From a virus, in the IMG/VR virus record IMGVR_UViG_3300045988_065902: a stretch of DNA of 39,449 bases. One strand, given 5' to 3'. The notes under the pieces are model-generated. The model did not search any database, was not told where the DNA came from, and worked only from the letters and a program-made list of their open reading frames with translations. Within the stretch, counting starts at the first letter, position 1. Every line of letters begins with the position of its first letter. A program made the translations under genes and the position numbers. This document shows positions 29,292-38,568 of the stretch, in pieces.

Positions 29292-29717
29292 ATGCCGTTA
29301 AAAAATAAGACCTCAGCGAACGTAGTCGCATGGCTCAAAATCGAAAACGTCTGCCCGTCGGGCATTCAGCTCACGCAGTTCTCGACGGATGCCGGTATTG
29401 CCGCCGACGCCGTGCAGGAAGTGCAGGCGGACATGACGCTTGATGGCCATCTCGTCAAGGGCTACACGCCGAATCCCTATGTGGTCAATCTGACGCTTCA
29501 GCCGACCGCCCCCGCAATTGCTTATCTGCGCGAGGCTCAGGCTTTGCAGAAGTCACTTAAAACGCCGCTTGGTGTGGAACTGACGGTGTATTACCCCGCG
29601 ACTGACCGCACCTATCAGTTCGTCAATGGCGTCTTTACTCAGATGATGCCGATGCCTGCCGCCAATCGCATGCAGGACCCGGTGACGGTTCAAATGACGT
29701 TTGAGGACTGCCAGTAA
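29292..29717 (+). CDS. Tail tube protein (DUF3277-like)
   Basis: 141-aa ORF after the sheath gene. AGGAG precedes the ATG. Confidence 0.55.
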   Translation: MPLKNKTSANVVAWLKIENVCPSGIQLTQFSTDAGIAADAVQEVQADMTLDGHLVKGYTPNPYVVNLTLQPTAPAIAYLREAQALQKSLKTPLGVELTVYYPATDRTYQFVNGVFTQMMPMPAANRMQDPVTVQMTFEDCQ

Positions 29718-30130
29718 TGCGCGAGGCCAAAACCATCACACTCCAAGACGGAGAGCGCAAATTTACGTTCTCGATTAAGCCAATGTCCGCCCTTAAGGCG
29801 GAACGCTGGCTGATCCGTGCGGCGTTCGCGCTGGGCGGCGGCCTGTCGTCTTTGACGAAAGACGCCGACGCGACGGAGATCGTCAAGGCGCTCTCTACCG
29901 TCGACTATGACAAGGTTGCGCCGCTTTGGGATGAGCTTCTTTCGTGCTGTGAGATCGTGCAGGGCGGGGCGACAATTCCGGTGGATGCCGACACGCTTGA
30001 CGGGAAGATTGACTACCCGACGACCGTATTTCTTCTGAAGGCGGCGGCCGTACAGGCGAACTTCGGTTTTTTCGGCAAAGGCGGGTTCTCGCACTTCCTC
30101 TCCACGATGCGTGGCGTTCTGACCTCTTAA
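29717..30130 (+). CDS. Tail assembly chaperone (short form)
   Basis: Its position immediately before the tape measure gene, and a slippery site near its 3' end. Confidence 0.65.
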   Translation: MREAKTITLQDGERKFTFSIKPMSALKAERWLIRAAFALGGGLSSLTKDADATEIVKALSTVDYDKVAPLWDELLSCCEIVQGGATIPVDADTLDGKIDYPTTVFLLKAAAVQANFGFFGKGGFSHFLSTMRGVLTS

Positions 30131-30312
30131 AAGTCAAAGGAACGTCGGCACTAGCGAATCTCCCGCCGGTTTGCGGTCGTGCCGTTTCCTCGCGGCTAGC
30201 GAGCCTGCGGGAGGTTCAAACCTATTACAGCCTGCAAGACGTCTACGACCTCGATGAGGTTTTGACCTTGCAGAACTACCATGAATGGCTTGCAAGCCGC
30301 AGGGATGATTGA
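29717..30312 (+). CDS. Tail assembly chaperone, -1 frameshift-extended form (lambda G-T / P2 E-E' analogue)
   Basis: The -1 frame is open from the slippery site to the TGA at 30310-30312, which overlaps the tape-measure ATG. The extension ends ...LREVQTYYSLQDVYDLDEVLTLQNYHEWLASRRDD. Confidence 0.6.
30067..30073 (+). promoter_or_regulatory. -1 programmed ribosomal frameshift heptamer T_TTT_TTC
   Basis: X_XXY_YYZ in the chaperone zero frame (codons TTT 30068-70, TTC 30071-73). Confidence 0.6.
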
Positions 30313-32033
30313 TGTCTGTCATTGACGAATTACTGATTTCCATCGGGCTTGACGCGAAGGAGTTTGCCAAGGGCGTCGATGCCGTTCGTGGGAAGGTCGA
30401 GAACTTTGCGACAAAGGCAAAGGAGCAATTTGAAGCGGTCGGCACGCAGTCGAAAGACACGGGCGCCGTTTCTGCGCTCTCTTTCTCGCGTGCTGGCGAA
30501 CGCGTGCAAAAGCTCGGCGAAGCGTCGAAAGAAGCCGCCTCGGCTATTGCCGATTCCTTCAAAGGTGCTGCGCCCGCCATTGAGCTGGTGCGCTCAAAGC
30601 TCGGACTGTTGGCCGCGACCTTCGGGCTTGTGGCCGGTGGTGCGCAGACGTTCGGCAACTATGTCGATAAGTCGGAATCGCTTGCGAGGTTGTCGACTCA
30701 GCTCGGTGTGTCGGTGCGCGAGCTTGACGCATTCGGGAAGGCCGCAGAGGCCGCCGGGGGTTCTGCCGAATCAATCTTTGCCTCGATGAAGACTTACTTC
30801 CAGCAGACCGGGCGACCGGCTGAGGAAGTCTTTCAGCTTGCGAGCAAAGTCGAGGGCATGAGTCGCGGTGCGGCTCAGCGCTTCTTACAGGCTCAGGGCG
30901 TGGCGCTCGATGCCATCCCTATCTTCCTGCAAGGACAAAAGGCGCTCGATGCCTTAATGGCGAAGTACCGCAAGACGGCTTTTACTGCGCAGGACAGTCG
31001 GAACGCCCGCGCGTTCAAAGTCGCGTGGATGGATTTCAAGATTGCGGCGCAAGACGTCGGCAATGTGTTCGTGCGGCTGGTGCTCCCGGGCGTCACAAGG
31101 TTGCTTGACGGCTTAAGCGGCCTTGTCGGGATTATCCGCGAGAACTCACGTGCCTTTGCCCTGCTCGCGGTCGGGTTCGGGCTTGTGTTTGGGCTTAAAA
31201 ACCTGAATGCGATTAAGAACGCGATTCTTGCCGTGCGGACCTTCGGCATGGCCGTCAAGATGGCGGCCCTGCCGGTGACGGTAATCGCGGCAGGCGTAGC
31301 GGCCCTGGTGCTCGCTATTGACGACCTGATTGGCTTTGCACAAGGCGCCGACAGTCTTTTTGAGCGAATGCTTAAGAAGATGGGCGCCGGTGCCGCCGAC
31401 ATCGAAGAGTTGCGCGAGAGCTTGAAAACGCTCGGCGAGGGCTTTACATGGCTGTGGGACAAGGTCAAGCCGCTTTTAGGCGGCGCCCTGGCGCTTGTCT
31501 TTAAAGCCGTGTCGGTCGTTATTGTCGGGCTGGTTGCCGCCATTAACGGCGTTGTCATCGGCTTTAACACGCTTTGGCAGACGGCGAAAAAGGTCGGCAA
31601 GGGCATAGCCTCAGTCTTTACGGCTATTCCGGACGCGATCATTGAGGCGCTAAAAACGGCATGGCAGACGCTTACCGGGTGGTTCGATGACGCCGCCGAT
31701 CTCATTAAAAATAAGATTGGCGAACCCATTAAGGGGCTTTTTGGCGGCATCGGTAAATTCCTCGGCTTTAGCGGCGACAAGGCCGACGACGAGGAGAAGA
31801 AGAACCAGCCCACGAGCACCCGCGAGCGTGAGATTGTCGTTGTGAAGCAGGCGGCATATAAGGCCGCCGCCCCCAACGTCGTCACTAACGCAAGCATGAA
31901 TGTCGTGAACAACATCGAGACAAGAGACAACGCGCAGGCCATCAGCCGAGCCATCGGCACCACGGTCACGGGCGGTTTCAACCGTCAGGCGGAACTTATC
32001 GGCCAGTCGACGCGCGGCGTCAATTTGAAGTGA
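30312..32033 (+). CDS. Tail tape measure protein
   Basis: Longest tail-module ORF, directly after the chaperone pair. It has an Ala/Gly-rich helical N-part and hydrophobic central segments (LLAVGFGLVFGL, AALPVTVIAAGVAALVLAI). Confidence 0.8.
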   Translation: MSVIDELLISIGLDAKEFAKGVDAVRGKVENFATKAKEQFEAVGTQSKDTGAVSALSFSRAGERVQKLGEASKEAASAIADSFKGAAPAIELVRSKLGLLAATFGLVAGGAQTFGNYVDKSESLARLSTQLGVSVRELDAFGKAAEAAGGSAESIFASMKTYFQQTGRPAEEVFQLASKVEGMSRGAAQRFLQAQGVALDAIPIFLQGQKALDALMAKYRKTAFTAQDSRNARAFKVAWMDFKIAAQDVGNVFVRLVLPGVTRLLDGLSGLVGIIRENSRAFALLAVGFGLVFGLKNLNAIKNAILAVRTFGMAVKMAALPVTVIAAGVAALVLAIDDLIGFAQGADSLFERMLKKMGAGAADIEELRESLKTLGEGFTWLWDKVKPLLGGALALVFKAVSVVIVGLVAAINGVVIGFNTLWQTAKKVGKGIASVFTAIPDAIIEALKTAWQTLTGWFDDAADLIKNKIGEPIKGLFGGIGKFLGFSGDKADDEEKKNQPTSTREREIVVVKQAAYKAAAPNVVTNASMNVVNNIETRDNAQAISRAIGTTVTGGFNRQAELIGQSTRGVNLK

Positions 32034-32041
32034 GGGACTGA

Positions 32042-32557
32042 ATGGCTCAGGACTTTTCTACGTGGGCGATTCTGAACGCTTCTGATCGGCCTGTTTGCGA
32101 TTACGTCGGCATTGTGTCCTGCTCCCTTGCCGAGGCCGCTCGGGTTCTTACGGAGCCTTTAGAGGGCGGGAACCTTGCGGCCTATAACAAGGTGCAGGCA
32201 CCTGATGCCGTGTCGCTATCGCTTGCGCTTGACGGCGATCCGTCGATTCAGACTCAGGCCTTAAATGCGCTTCGGAGTCTGAAGCAGGCGATAGGCACCG
32301 ACTCGCTTTGTAAACTCGTGACGCCGTATTTCGTGGTCGAAAATCTCGCGCTTGAGACAATCAGCCAGTCGCGATCGGTCACGCAGAACGCGAGTTCTCT
32401 GATCGTTGAATTGGGATTTATCACGATCCGAGCGGTTCAGACCGGCACGCGTAAGGTCGTTTGGTCGCCGCAAAATCCGACGAGTTCGGACGAGGTGAGC
32501 GCCGGGAAGGTGCAGCCGAAGACGCTGGCCGCAAAACTTGCCGAGGGCCTTTTATGA
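32042..32557 (+). CDS. Tail/baseplate-associated hypothetical protein
   Basis: ORF directly after the tape measure gene. Confidence 0.5.
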   Translation: MAQDFSTWAILNASDRPVCDYVGIVSCSLAEAARVLTEPLEGGNLAAYNKVQAPDAVSLSLALDGDPSIQTQALNALRSLKQAIGTDSLCKLVTPYFVVENLALETISQSRSVTQNASSLIVELGFITIRAVQTGTRKVVWSPQNPTSSDEVSAGKVQPKTLAAKLAEGLL

Positions 32558-32856
32558 GCTGGATGCAAATTCCTCTGTCTGCCGTGCCGTTTCAGACGGT
32601 GAGCGCCGTCGTCAACGGGCAGAATTATCGCGTGACGGTACGCCAAAACGGGGCATTTATTTATACCTCGTTGATGGTTGACGGCGTGCGGGTGGTTGAT
32701 AACGCGCTGGCGGTGGCACGCGGGCGCGTGATCCCTTTCGCTCAGACCGTGGCGCGGACCCGGCTTTACTGGGTTGACACGCAGGGCAACGACCGCCCGC
32801 AGTACGGCGGACTGGGCGATAGGTGGATTTTGGTATACGAGGCGGCCAATGAGTAG
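32554..32856 (+). CDS. Tail/baseplate-associated hypothetical protein, 100 aa
   Basis: ATGA-coupled start at 32554; the track start at 32461 overlaps the upstream gene. Confidence 0.5.
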   Translation: MSWMQIPLSAVPFQTVSAVVNGQNYRVTVRQNGAFIYTSLMVDGVRVVDNALAVARGRVIPFAQTVARTRLYWVDTQGNDRPQYGGLGDRWILVYEAANE

Positions 32857-33706
32857 CTACACGCGAAAGATTATCCGCATCCGCATCACGATGGACGACG
32901 GCGCCAGCGGCTCACAGATGACGTTCACGGAGAACGCGATAGCGGTTCGGATTCAGAAGCAGGGGGCGCCGGAACTGCCGAAGGCGCAGGTAGCTATTTG
33001 GGGCCTGTCGCAGGATCAAATGACGCAGCTCACGATGCTGTCTTTTGATGCGCTGTCGTTGCGCCGGAACGTGCTTGAGATTGCCGCAGGCGAAGAGGGG
33101 CGCGAGTTGGCCGTTGTCTTTCAAGGCGAGATCATGAACGCGGCGCCGGACATGAATGCGGCACCGTCGCCCGTGATGCGCCTTGAGGCCATTTCAGCCG
33201 CCTATCCGAAGCTGATCCCCTCGCCTCCCGTAGCGGTCAAGGGTGAGCAGACTGTAGACAGCCTGATGCAGGCTTTTGCGGGTGAGGCGGGCTTGCAATA
33301 CGAATCGTCAGGCATCACATCGAGCCTGACGAACTGCACGATTAACGGCGACCCGATAACCAAAAGCAAGTGGGTAGCCGACACAATCGGCGCCGATCTC
33401 GTTATTGACGATCAAAAGATGGTACTGGTCGGCCCCGACAGTTCTCGCGGGGAGGCTGTGGCCATTGACGTCATCAACCCGCAGACGGGGGAAATCGGAT
33501 ATCCTAGCTTCGACTCGCTAGGCATCCGGGCGGTGTGTCTGTTTAATCCCGTCCTGATGGTCTGCGGGCTGTGCCGTATTGAAAGCTCGATGCCGCGAGC
33601 CACAGGGGTTTGGAAAATTTACAGCGTGACGCATGACATTGCCGCCAACCTTCCGAACGGAGGCGCGTGGCGTACGGAAATCGCAGGAACGTGGGTTGAC
33701 AGATGA
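32849..33706 (+). CDS. Baseplate hub-like protein
   Basis: 285-aa ORF immediately before the spike gene. The assignment rests on position only. Confidence 0.45.
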   Translation: MSSYTRKIIRIRITMDDGASGSQMTFTENAIAVRIQKQGAPELPKAQVAIWGLSQDQMTQLTMLSFDALSLRRNVLEIAAGEEGRELAVVFQGEIMNAAPDMNAAPSPVMRLEAISAAYPKLIPSPPVAVKGEQTVDSLMQAFAGEAGLQYESSGITSSLTNCTINGDPITKSKWVADTIGADLVIDDQKMVLVGPDSSRGEAVAIDVINPQTGEIGYPSFDSLGIRAVCLFNPVLMVCGLCRIESSMPRATGVWKIYSVTHDIAANLPNGGAWRTEIAGTWVDR

Positions 33707-34545
33707 CTGAGCTTAAAACCAATGCGCGGGTATCGTCCTTAGGGTCGGAACTCAACGCACAGGAATTTTTTACGCGTTCGATCGTCAAACAGATGGTGAG
33801 CACCGCGATTCCCGTCCGCGTTGACGTGGTCGAGCGTGCGGCCGACGGTAGCGGCGCCCTGTACGTTGACGCCACGCCCCTTGTGTGTCAGACGGGCGCA
33901 GACGGCAATGTACTGGAACCTGTGAGCATCCCGCACCTCCCGTATTTCAGGCTTCAACACGGCACCGCCGCCGTGATTTGCGATCCGGTTGTGGGCGACA
34001 TCGGGCTAGCGATTTTTGCTCAGCAGGATTGTTCACGACTGACGGGCGGCAATACGCCGGTTGCGCCGGGTACGTTCCGATGCTTTGATATGTCCGATGG
34101 CTTTTACATCGGTGGGTTTTGGGGGCAGGTGCCGAAGACCTTCATTCACATCGAAGAAGCGGGGACGATTCATGTCGTCGCACCGAAGCAGCACCACTTA
34201 GAAAGCCCGACGGTAATCGTGGATTGCGAGACCGTCACGGTGAATGCGAAGGATTCAGCGACAGTCGTCACGAAGACCGCAAAGGTGAATGCATCGAGTT
34301 CGCTCACGGTTGACAGCCCTCAGAGCACGTTCACGGGCAACGTCGCGATTCAAAAGAATCTGACTGTCACTGGCCACATCTCCGGCACGTCCGGCATGAG
34401 CATTACGGGCGGCACCGGGGGAGCGACTGCTACATTCCAGGGTTCGATTAAGGTTTCTGATGATGTTACGGCGAGCGGTATCAGTCTCACGAGGCACACC
34501 CACACCGAGCAGGGCGATGGGAAAGAAACGTCAGGGCCACATTAA
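33703..34545 (+). CDS. Baseplate central spike (gpV / Gp138-like)
   Basis: An N-terminal OB-like region, a beta-helix-like repeat run (TVNAKDSATVVTKTAKVNASSSLTVDSPQSTFTGNVAIQKNLTVTG) and the apex motif ISLTRHTHTEQGDGKETSGP (HxH). Confidence 0.65.
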   Translation: MTELKTNARVSSLGSELNAQEFFTRSIVKQMVSTAIPVRVDVVERAADGSGALYVDATPLVCQTGADGNVLEPVSIPHLPYFRLQHGTAAVICDPVVGDIGLAIFAQQDCSRLTGGNTPVAPGTFRCFDMSDGFYIGGFWGQVPKTFIHIEEAGTIHVVAPKQHHLESPTVIVDCETVTVNAKDSATVVTKTAKVNASSSLTVDSPQSTFTGNVAIQKNLTVTGHISGTSGMSITGGTGGATATFQGSIKVSDDVTASGISLTRHTHTEQGDGKETSGPH

Positions 34546-34554
34546 GGGGGCGAG

Positions 34555-34917
34555 ATGCACACTCAGAAGACTTTGGGTCTTTCTTCAGACTGGGATTTGG
34601 AAATTGACGCAAACGGCAATTTGAAGATGCTTGATCAGGTTGACGCGATCTGTCAGAACGTCTGCAATGAATGCCGGTTGTTCCTTCATGATGCATACTT
34701 TCGCTACGACGAGGGAATTGACTGGTTTACGGATCAGCTCAGTAGGCCCCTGCAAGTTGCGGTAGTCACCGACCGCCTGCGCCGGGCCGCGTTGAGCGTG
34801 CCTGGCGTGCTGGCGGTGACGGCGATCCACCTTGAAGTGTTGAACAAGAAAGAAAGAACCCTGCGCGGGACAATTGAAATCGAAACTGAGTACGGCCATG
34901 GCACAAGTTACATTTAA
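34555..34917 (+). CDS. Small baseplate protein (gp25/W position)
   Basis: 120-aa ORF between the spike gene and the Baseplate_J-like gene. Confidence 0.4.
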   Translation: MHTQKTLGLSSDWDLEIDANGNLKMLDQVDAICQNVCNECRLFLHDAYFRYDEGIDWFTDQLSRPLQVAVVTDRLRRAALSVPGVLAVTAIHLEVLNKKERTLRGTIEIETEYGHGTSYI

Positions 34918-36106
34918 TCAGAAAACGGGGGTAGTCGTTCCGTCGACGCGTGAAGTGCGCGAGGATTTGGCGCGGGCCGTGCAGGACGCGATGCCTGCGG
35001 CCGCCAACGGCGACCCCGTCAACGTCGATTCAACTTCGCCGCTCGGGCAGATCGTTGACCTGACGACGGCAGAGGTTGAGGCCAAGAATTCCGAAGTGGG
35101 CTTTTTAGCGAATCAATACAACCCGGATGTTGCGCATGGCATCTTTCTCGACGCACTGGCGAACCTTTACGGGCTACAACGCAAGGTCTCCGAGCCGACT
35201 GTTGTCGTCTGCACGTGCACGGGCCTGCGCGGAACGGTGATCCCGTACGGCGCAATCGTGGAGGATGCAAACGGCAACAAACTGCGCCACATTGCCGTGG
35301 CGGGAGCCGCCATCGGTGACGCGGGCACGCTGGAAACGACCTTTGCGACTGTAGAACACGGGCCGATTGAAATCGGTGCGGAAACCGTTACGAAGATCGT
35401 GACGGTGGTCGCAGGATGGGATACGGTAAACAACGCCGCCGCGGGCGCCACGGGCCGAGACATTGAGCCGGATGGCGAATTGCGCAACCGAATGAAAGAG
35501 TCCTACGCGATGAACGCCAACGGCACTGTGAGCAACGTTCAGGCCAATTTGTCGCAGCTTGAGGGCGTACTCGATTGCGTCGTTTTAGAGAACTACACGA
35601 ACCTAAAAAAGACAATGTACGCCCTTGAGCTTGAACCACATTCCATTGCAGTGTGCATCGTGGGCGGCGAGGACGATGACATAGCCCGCGTGATTTTTGA
35701 ACGCAAGTCGGGAGGGTGCGGAACGAACGGCGAGACGCTGGTTAAGTACGTCGACAAAGAGCACTTTAACGCCTTATACACGTATCGAATCGTCCGCCCG
35801 ACGGCAGTCGATTTCCGCGTTAAGGTCGAGTTTTTCAGCGCCGACATGAATGCAGAGACGCAGAACGCAGTCAAGGAGGCCATTGTTAAAGACTTCCTAG
35901 GCGAGCTTGATAACTCGCGTGTGACTCTCGCGAGCACGGTTTACGCCTCTCGCTTTTATAAATGCGTGCAGGCCGTTACGACGTCGCCGGTCAAGGCCAT
36001 TACGGTGGGACTGAATGAAGGCGCATTAGGGGCCTCGGTTGAGGTGCCCGCGAACGAGTCGCCGACAATCTCGCCTGAAACGATCACACTGACTTTCGGA
36101 GGCTAG
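34898..36106 (+). CDS. Baseplate J-like wedge protein
   Basis: 402 aa. SPLGQIVDLTTAEVEAKNSEVGFLANQYNPDVAHGIFLDALANLYGLQR is typical of the Baseplate_J family. The ATG is at 34898. Confidence 0.65.
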   Translation: MAQVTFNQKTGVVVPSTREVREDLARAVQDAMPAAANGDPVNVDSTSPLGQIVDLTTAEVEAKNSEVGFLANQYNPDVAHGIFLDALANLYGLQRKVSEPTVVVCTCTGLRGTVIPYGAIVEDANGNKLRHIAVAGAAIGDAGTLETTFATVEHGPIEIGAETVTKIVTVVAGWDTVNNAAAGATGRDIEPDGELRNRMKESYAMNANGTVSNVQANLSQLEGVLDCVVLENYTNLKKTMYALELEPHSIAVCIVGGEDDDIARVIFERKSGGCGTNGETLVKYVDKEHFNALYTYRIVRPTAVDFRVKVEFFSADMNAETQNAVKEAIVKDFLGELDNSRVTLASTVYASRFYKCVQAVTTSPVKAITVGLNEGALGASVEVPANESPTISPETITLTFGG

Positions 36107-36109
36107 CTT

Positions 36110-36742
36110 ATGAGCGATTCACAGACGTGGCAGAACTTTGAATCTGCCGAAGACGTGCGCGAAATGGCCGACGTGACGAGTAACGCGTCTGTGGCCATGC
36201 AAAGCCAGTACGCTCATGCCCCGCGCATGAATGCGGTCGGAAAGATTTTGCAGGACGAGATTGACGCGACGGCTCAGCTCGATGATATCGCGGTGCAGGT
36301 TGCCGACGCACAGACGGCGAAGGGCGTATTTCTCGACTGGTGGGGCAAGCGCATCGGCATTGACCGCTATATTAAGGTCAAGGACGAATATGTCCGGTTC
36401 GATGACGACTATTTTCGTTTCCTGCTGATGTATCGCGCGGTCTGCAACGTGTCGGATTCGACGTGCGCGACGATGAATCGAATGCTTTCCCTGCTCACGA
36501 ATACGAAAGTGTTTTGTGTTGACTATCAAGACATGACGATTTCATCGGTTGTCGTTATCGGCGCAATTAGTGATGTTATGTCGACCGTTCTTGCAACGTA
36601 CGGGCTCTTAAATCGTCCGGCAGGCGTGCTTGCAAATTATTTGATTATATATCCAAACGAAGAAATTTTTGGCTTTCAAGGGTCAGACCTTCTACCATTT
36701 AATCAAGGTGTTTTTAATCCCGGTCGTACAATTCAAGTGTAA
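36110..36742 (+). CDS. Baseplate/fibre-attachment protein (DUF2612-like)
   Basis: GVFLDWWGKRIGIDR motif. It follows Baseplate_J. The 3' third of the gene is visibly AT-rich. Confidence 0.5.
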   Translation: MSDSQTWQNFESAEDVREMADVTSNASVAMQSQYAHAPRMNAVGKILQDEIDATAQLDDIAVQVADAQTAKGVFLDWWGKRIGIDRYIKVKDEYVRFDDDYFRFLLMYRAVCNVSDSTCATMNRMLSLLTNTKVFCVDYQDMTISSVVVIGAISDVMSTVLATYGLLNRPAGVLANYLIIYPNEEIFGFQGSDLLPFNQGVFNPGRTIQV

Positions 36743-36756
36743 ACATAGCAATATAG

Positions 36757-36762
36757 TATAAT
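36757..36762 (+). promoter_or_regulatory. Consensus -10 (TATAAT) upstream of the free-standing endonuclease-like gene
   Basis: atagTATAATttcc, about 30 nt before the ATG at 36792. The -35 is weak (TTCAAG at 36732-36737). Confidence 0.4.
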
Positions 36763-36791
36763 TTCCATATCTTGTAATGCAGGAGGAAATC

Positions 36792-37448
36792 ATGCGTAAG
36801 CTAGATTTGACAAATCAAAAGTTTGGCCGATTAACAGCCCTGTATGAGAATGGAAAAACCCAAGATGGGCGAATTTTGTGGCATTGTGTATGCGAGTGCG
36901 GAAACGAGACAAACGTTCAGGTTTCTTCACTACGTGGTGGAACAACAAGATCGTGCGGATGCCTGTATAGAGAAACACTTAAAACCATGAACAAAATTCA
37001 CGGTTTTAATAAACACGGAAATCCAGAAAGAATTTATCGCGTTTGGCGAGCAATGAAAACTCGTTGCAAAAGTCAAAAGCACCCAGAATTTAACTTGTAT
37101 GGTGGGCGAGGAATTGACGTATGCGACGAATGGAAATCCAGTTTTAAATCGTTTGCTGATTGGGCATTCTCGCATGGCTACAACGACGAATTGCAAATTG
37201 ATAGAATCGACAATGACAAAGGGTATTGTCCTGAAAATTGTAGGTTTGTGACCAGAAAACAAAACTGCAATAACAGACGTAGCAGTCGTCGAGTTCTTTT
37301 CCGTGGAGAAATGAGAACGTCTTCTGAAATTTCCGATCTGACAGGAATCCCATACGACGTTATCTACCAACGAATTACAAAACTACATTGGTCTGGTGAA
37401 GACCTTGCCAAACCAAGTAGGCTTTTACCAAAACGGAAAAAAGCATAA
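36792..37448 (+). CDS. Free-standing homing-endonuclease-like protein (HNH-variant / AP2-type DNA-binding)
   Basis: AGGAGG lies 5 nt before the ATG. N-terminus LTNQKFGRLTALYE...WHCVCECGNET...SCGC. The middle is YRVWRAMKTRC...YGGRGIDVCDEW. It also has IDRIDNDKGYCPENCRFVTRKQNCNNRR. It is AT-rich and interrupts the baseplate-fibre operon. Confidence 0.55.
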   Translation: MRKLDLTNQKFGRLTALYENGKTQDGRILWHCVCECGNETNVQVSSLRGGTTRSCGCLYRETLKTMNKIHGFNKHGNPERIYRVWRAMKTRCKSQKHPEFNLYGGRGIDVCDEWKSSFKSFADWAFSHGYNDELQIDRIDNDKGYCPENCRFVTRKQNCNNRRSSRRVLFRGEMRTSSEISDLTGIPYDVIYQRITKLHWSGEDLAKPSRLLPKRKKA

Positions 37449-37491
37449 CCAAACAGACTCGCGCAAGCGGGGCTTTTCTATTGGGCCACAT

Positions 37492-38565
37492 ATGAGCAAT
37501 TATCCGCAGTTTCTTTTGGCGTCGGCCTTTGCGGCTGATGGGGACAAGACTATCCCTCCGGCTGACTCTCAGACGGCAGGCACAGGGCGTTTTTCGCAGG
37601 CGAAGGGCTGGACCGACGTCAACTCCAAGCCGATCGGCGAGGGCGGAATTCCCCCACGTCGAGACGACATAAATGGAGCCTTTTATCTGCTCTCACAGCT
37701 TCTCGTGTTTTATCAGCAGGGCGGCATTATGCAGTACACCGCCACGCTCGATTATGAGCCTGGAAACGAGGTTTTTAGCGCAGGCGTGAAGTATCGCTGT
37801 CTTGTCGCCAATGGTCCGGGGACTGCCAAGGGCGTTGTCAACCCCTCTGCTGACAAAACTGTTTGGAGCAATCAGGACTTGCCCAGCGTCTTGGCCGGAC
37901 AGGTCACGCCGTTTTACAACTGCAAACTCGGCGGCTCTGACGGCAGAAGGCTCGTTCCGTGGGGGAGCACCGACGCTTATGAGTCTTACGTTATCTGCGA
38001 CGGCGGTAGTGATGGACGCGGCGGGAATGTGCCGAATCTCATCGACAAGTTTTTACTTCCGAGCAATGTGGAGGATGCAGGCAAGACCGGCGGCGGCTTG
38101 AGCCTTCAGGTGCCGGGGGTCACAGTGAACGGCACTGTAGGCGAAACGGTTCTGACGATTGATCAGATTCCGTCGCACACTCACACCGGGTCAACGTCGA
38201 CAACGGGCGCCCATTCTCATGGACGAGGCTCGATGAATATTACAGGCTCTTTCCAAATCGGCAGCTTCCCTCTGTATACAACGAAGCAAACGGGTGCTTT
38301 TTTTGGGTCAAATATAGGGAGTGCAGATTTTCATGGTCAAGATACACAGTCAAACGTCCCGGAGGCTACAAGTTTTGATGCCTCAAGATCATGGACAGGA
38401 TACACGTCCTACGACGGGACCCACAGCCACAGTATGAATCTCAATAACACGGGCGGAGGCAAAGGGCATACGCACACAATCACCAGCTCATCTGAGACGC
38501 AGACGCTTACGCTAGACCGCCCGCCGTTCTATCGTCTTGCCTATTTTGTTAAGTTGCCGGAGTAA
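37492..38565 (+). CDS. Tail fibre protein with a collar-type domain
   Basis: NVPNLIDKFLLPS...LTIDQIPSHTHTGSTSTTGAHSHGRG...GTHSHSMNLNNTGGGKGHTHTI (repeated HxH) and the N-terminal GGIPPRRDDINGAFYLLSQLL...QQGG fibre motif. The ATG is at 37492. Confidence 0.7.
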   Translation: MSNYPQFLLASAFAADGDKTIPPADSQTAGTGRFSQAKGWTDVNSKPIGEGGIPPRRDDINGAFYLLSQLLVFYQQGGIMQYTATLDYEPGNEVFSAGVKYRCLVANGPGTAKGVVNPSADKTVWSNQDLPSVLAGQVTPFYNCKLGGSDGRRLVPWGSTDAYESYVICDGGSDGRGGNVPNLIDKFLLPSNVEDAGKTGGGLSLQVPGVTVNGTVGETVLTIDQIPSHTHTGSTSTTGAHSHGRGSMNITGSFQIGSFPLYTTKQTGAFFGSNIGSADFHGQDTQSNVPEATSFDASRSWTGYTSYDGTHSHSMNLNNTGGGKGHTHTITSSSETQTLTLDRPPFYRLAYFVKLPE

Positions 38566-38568
38566 ATC

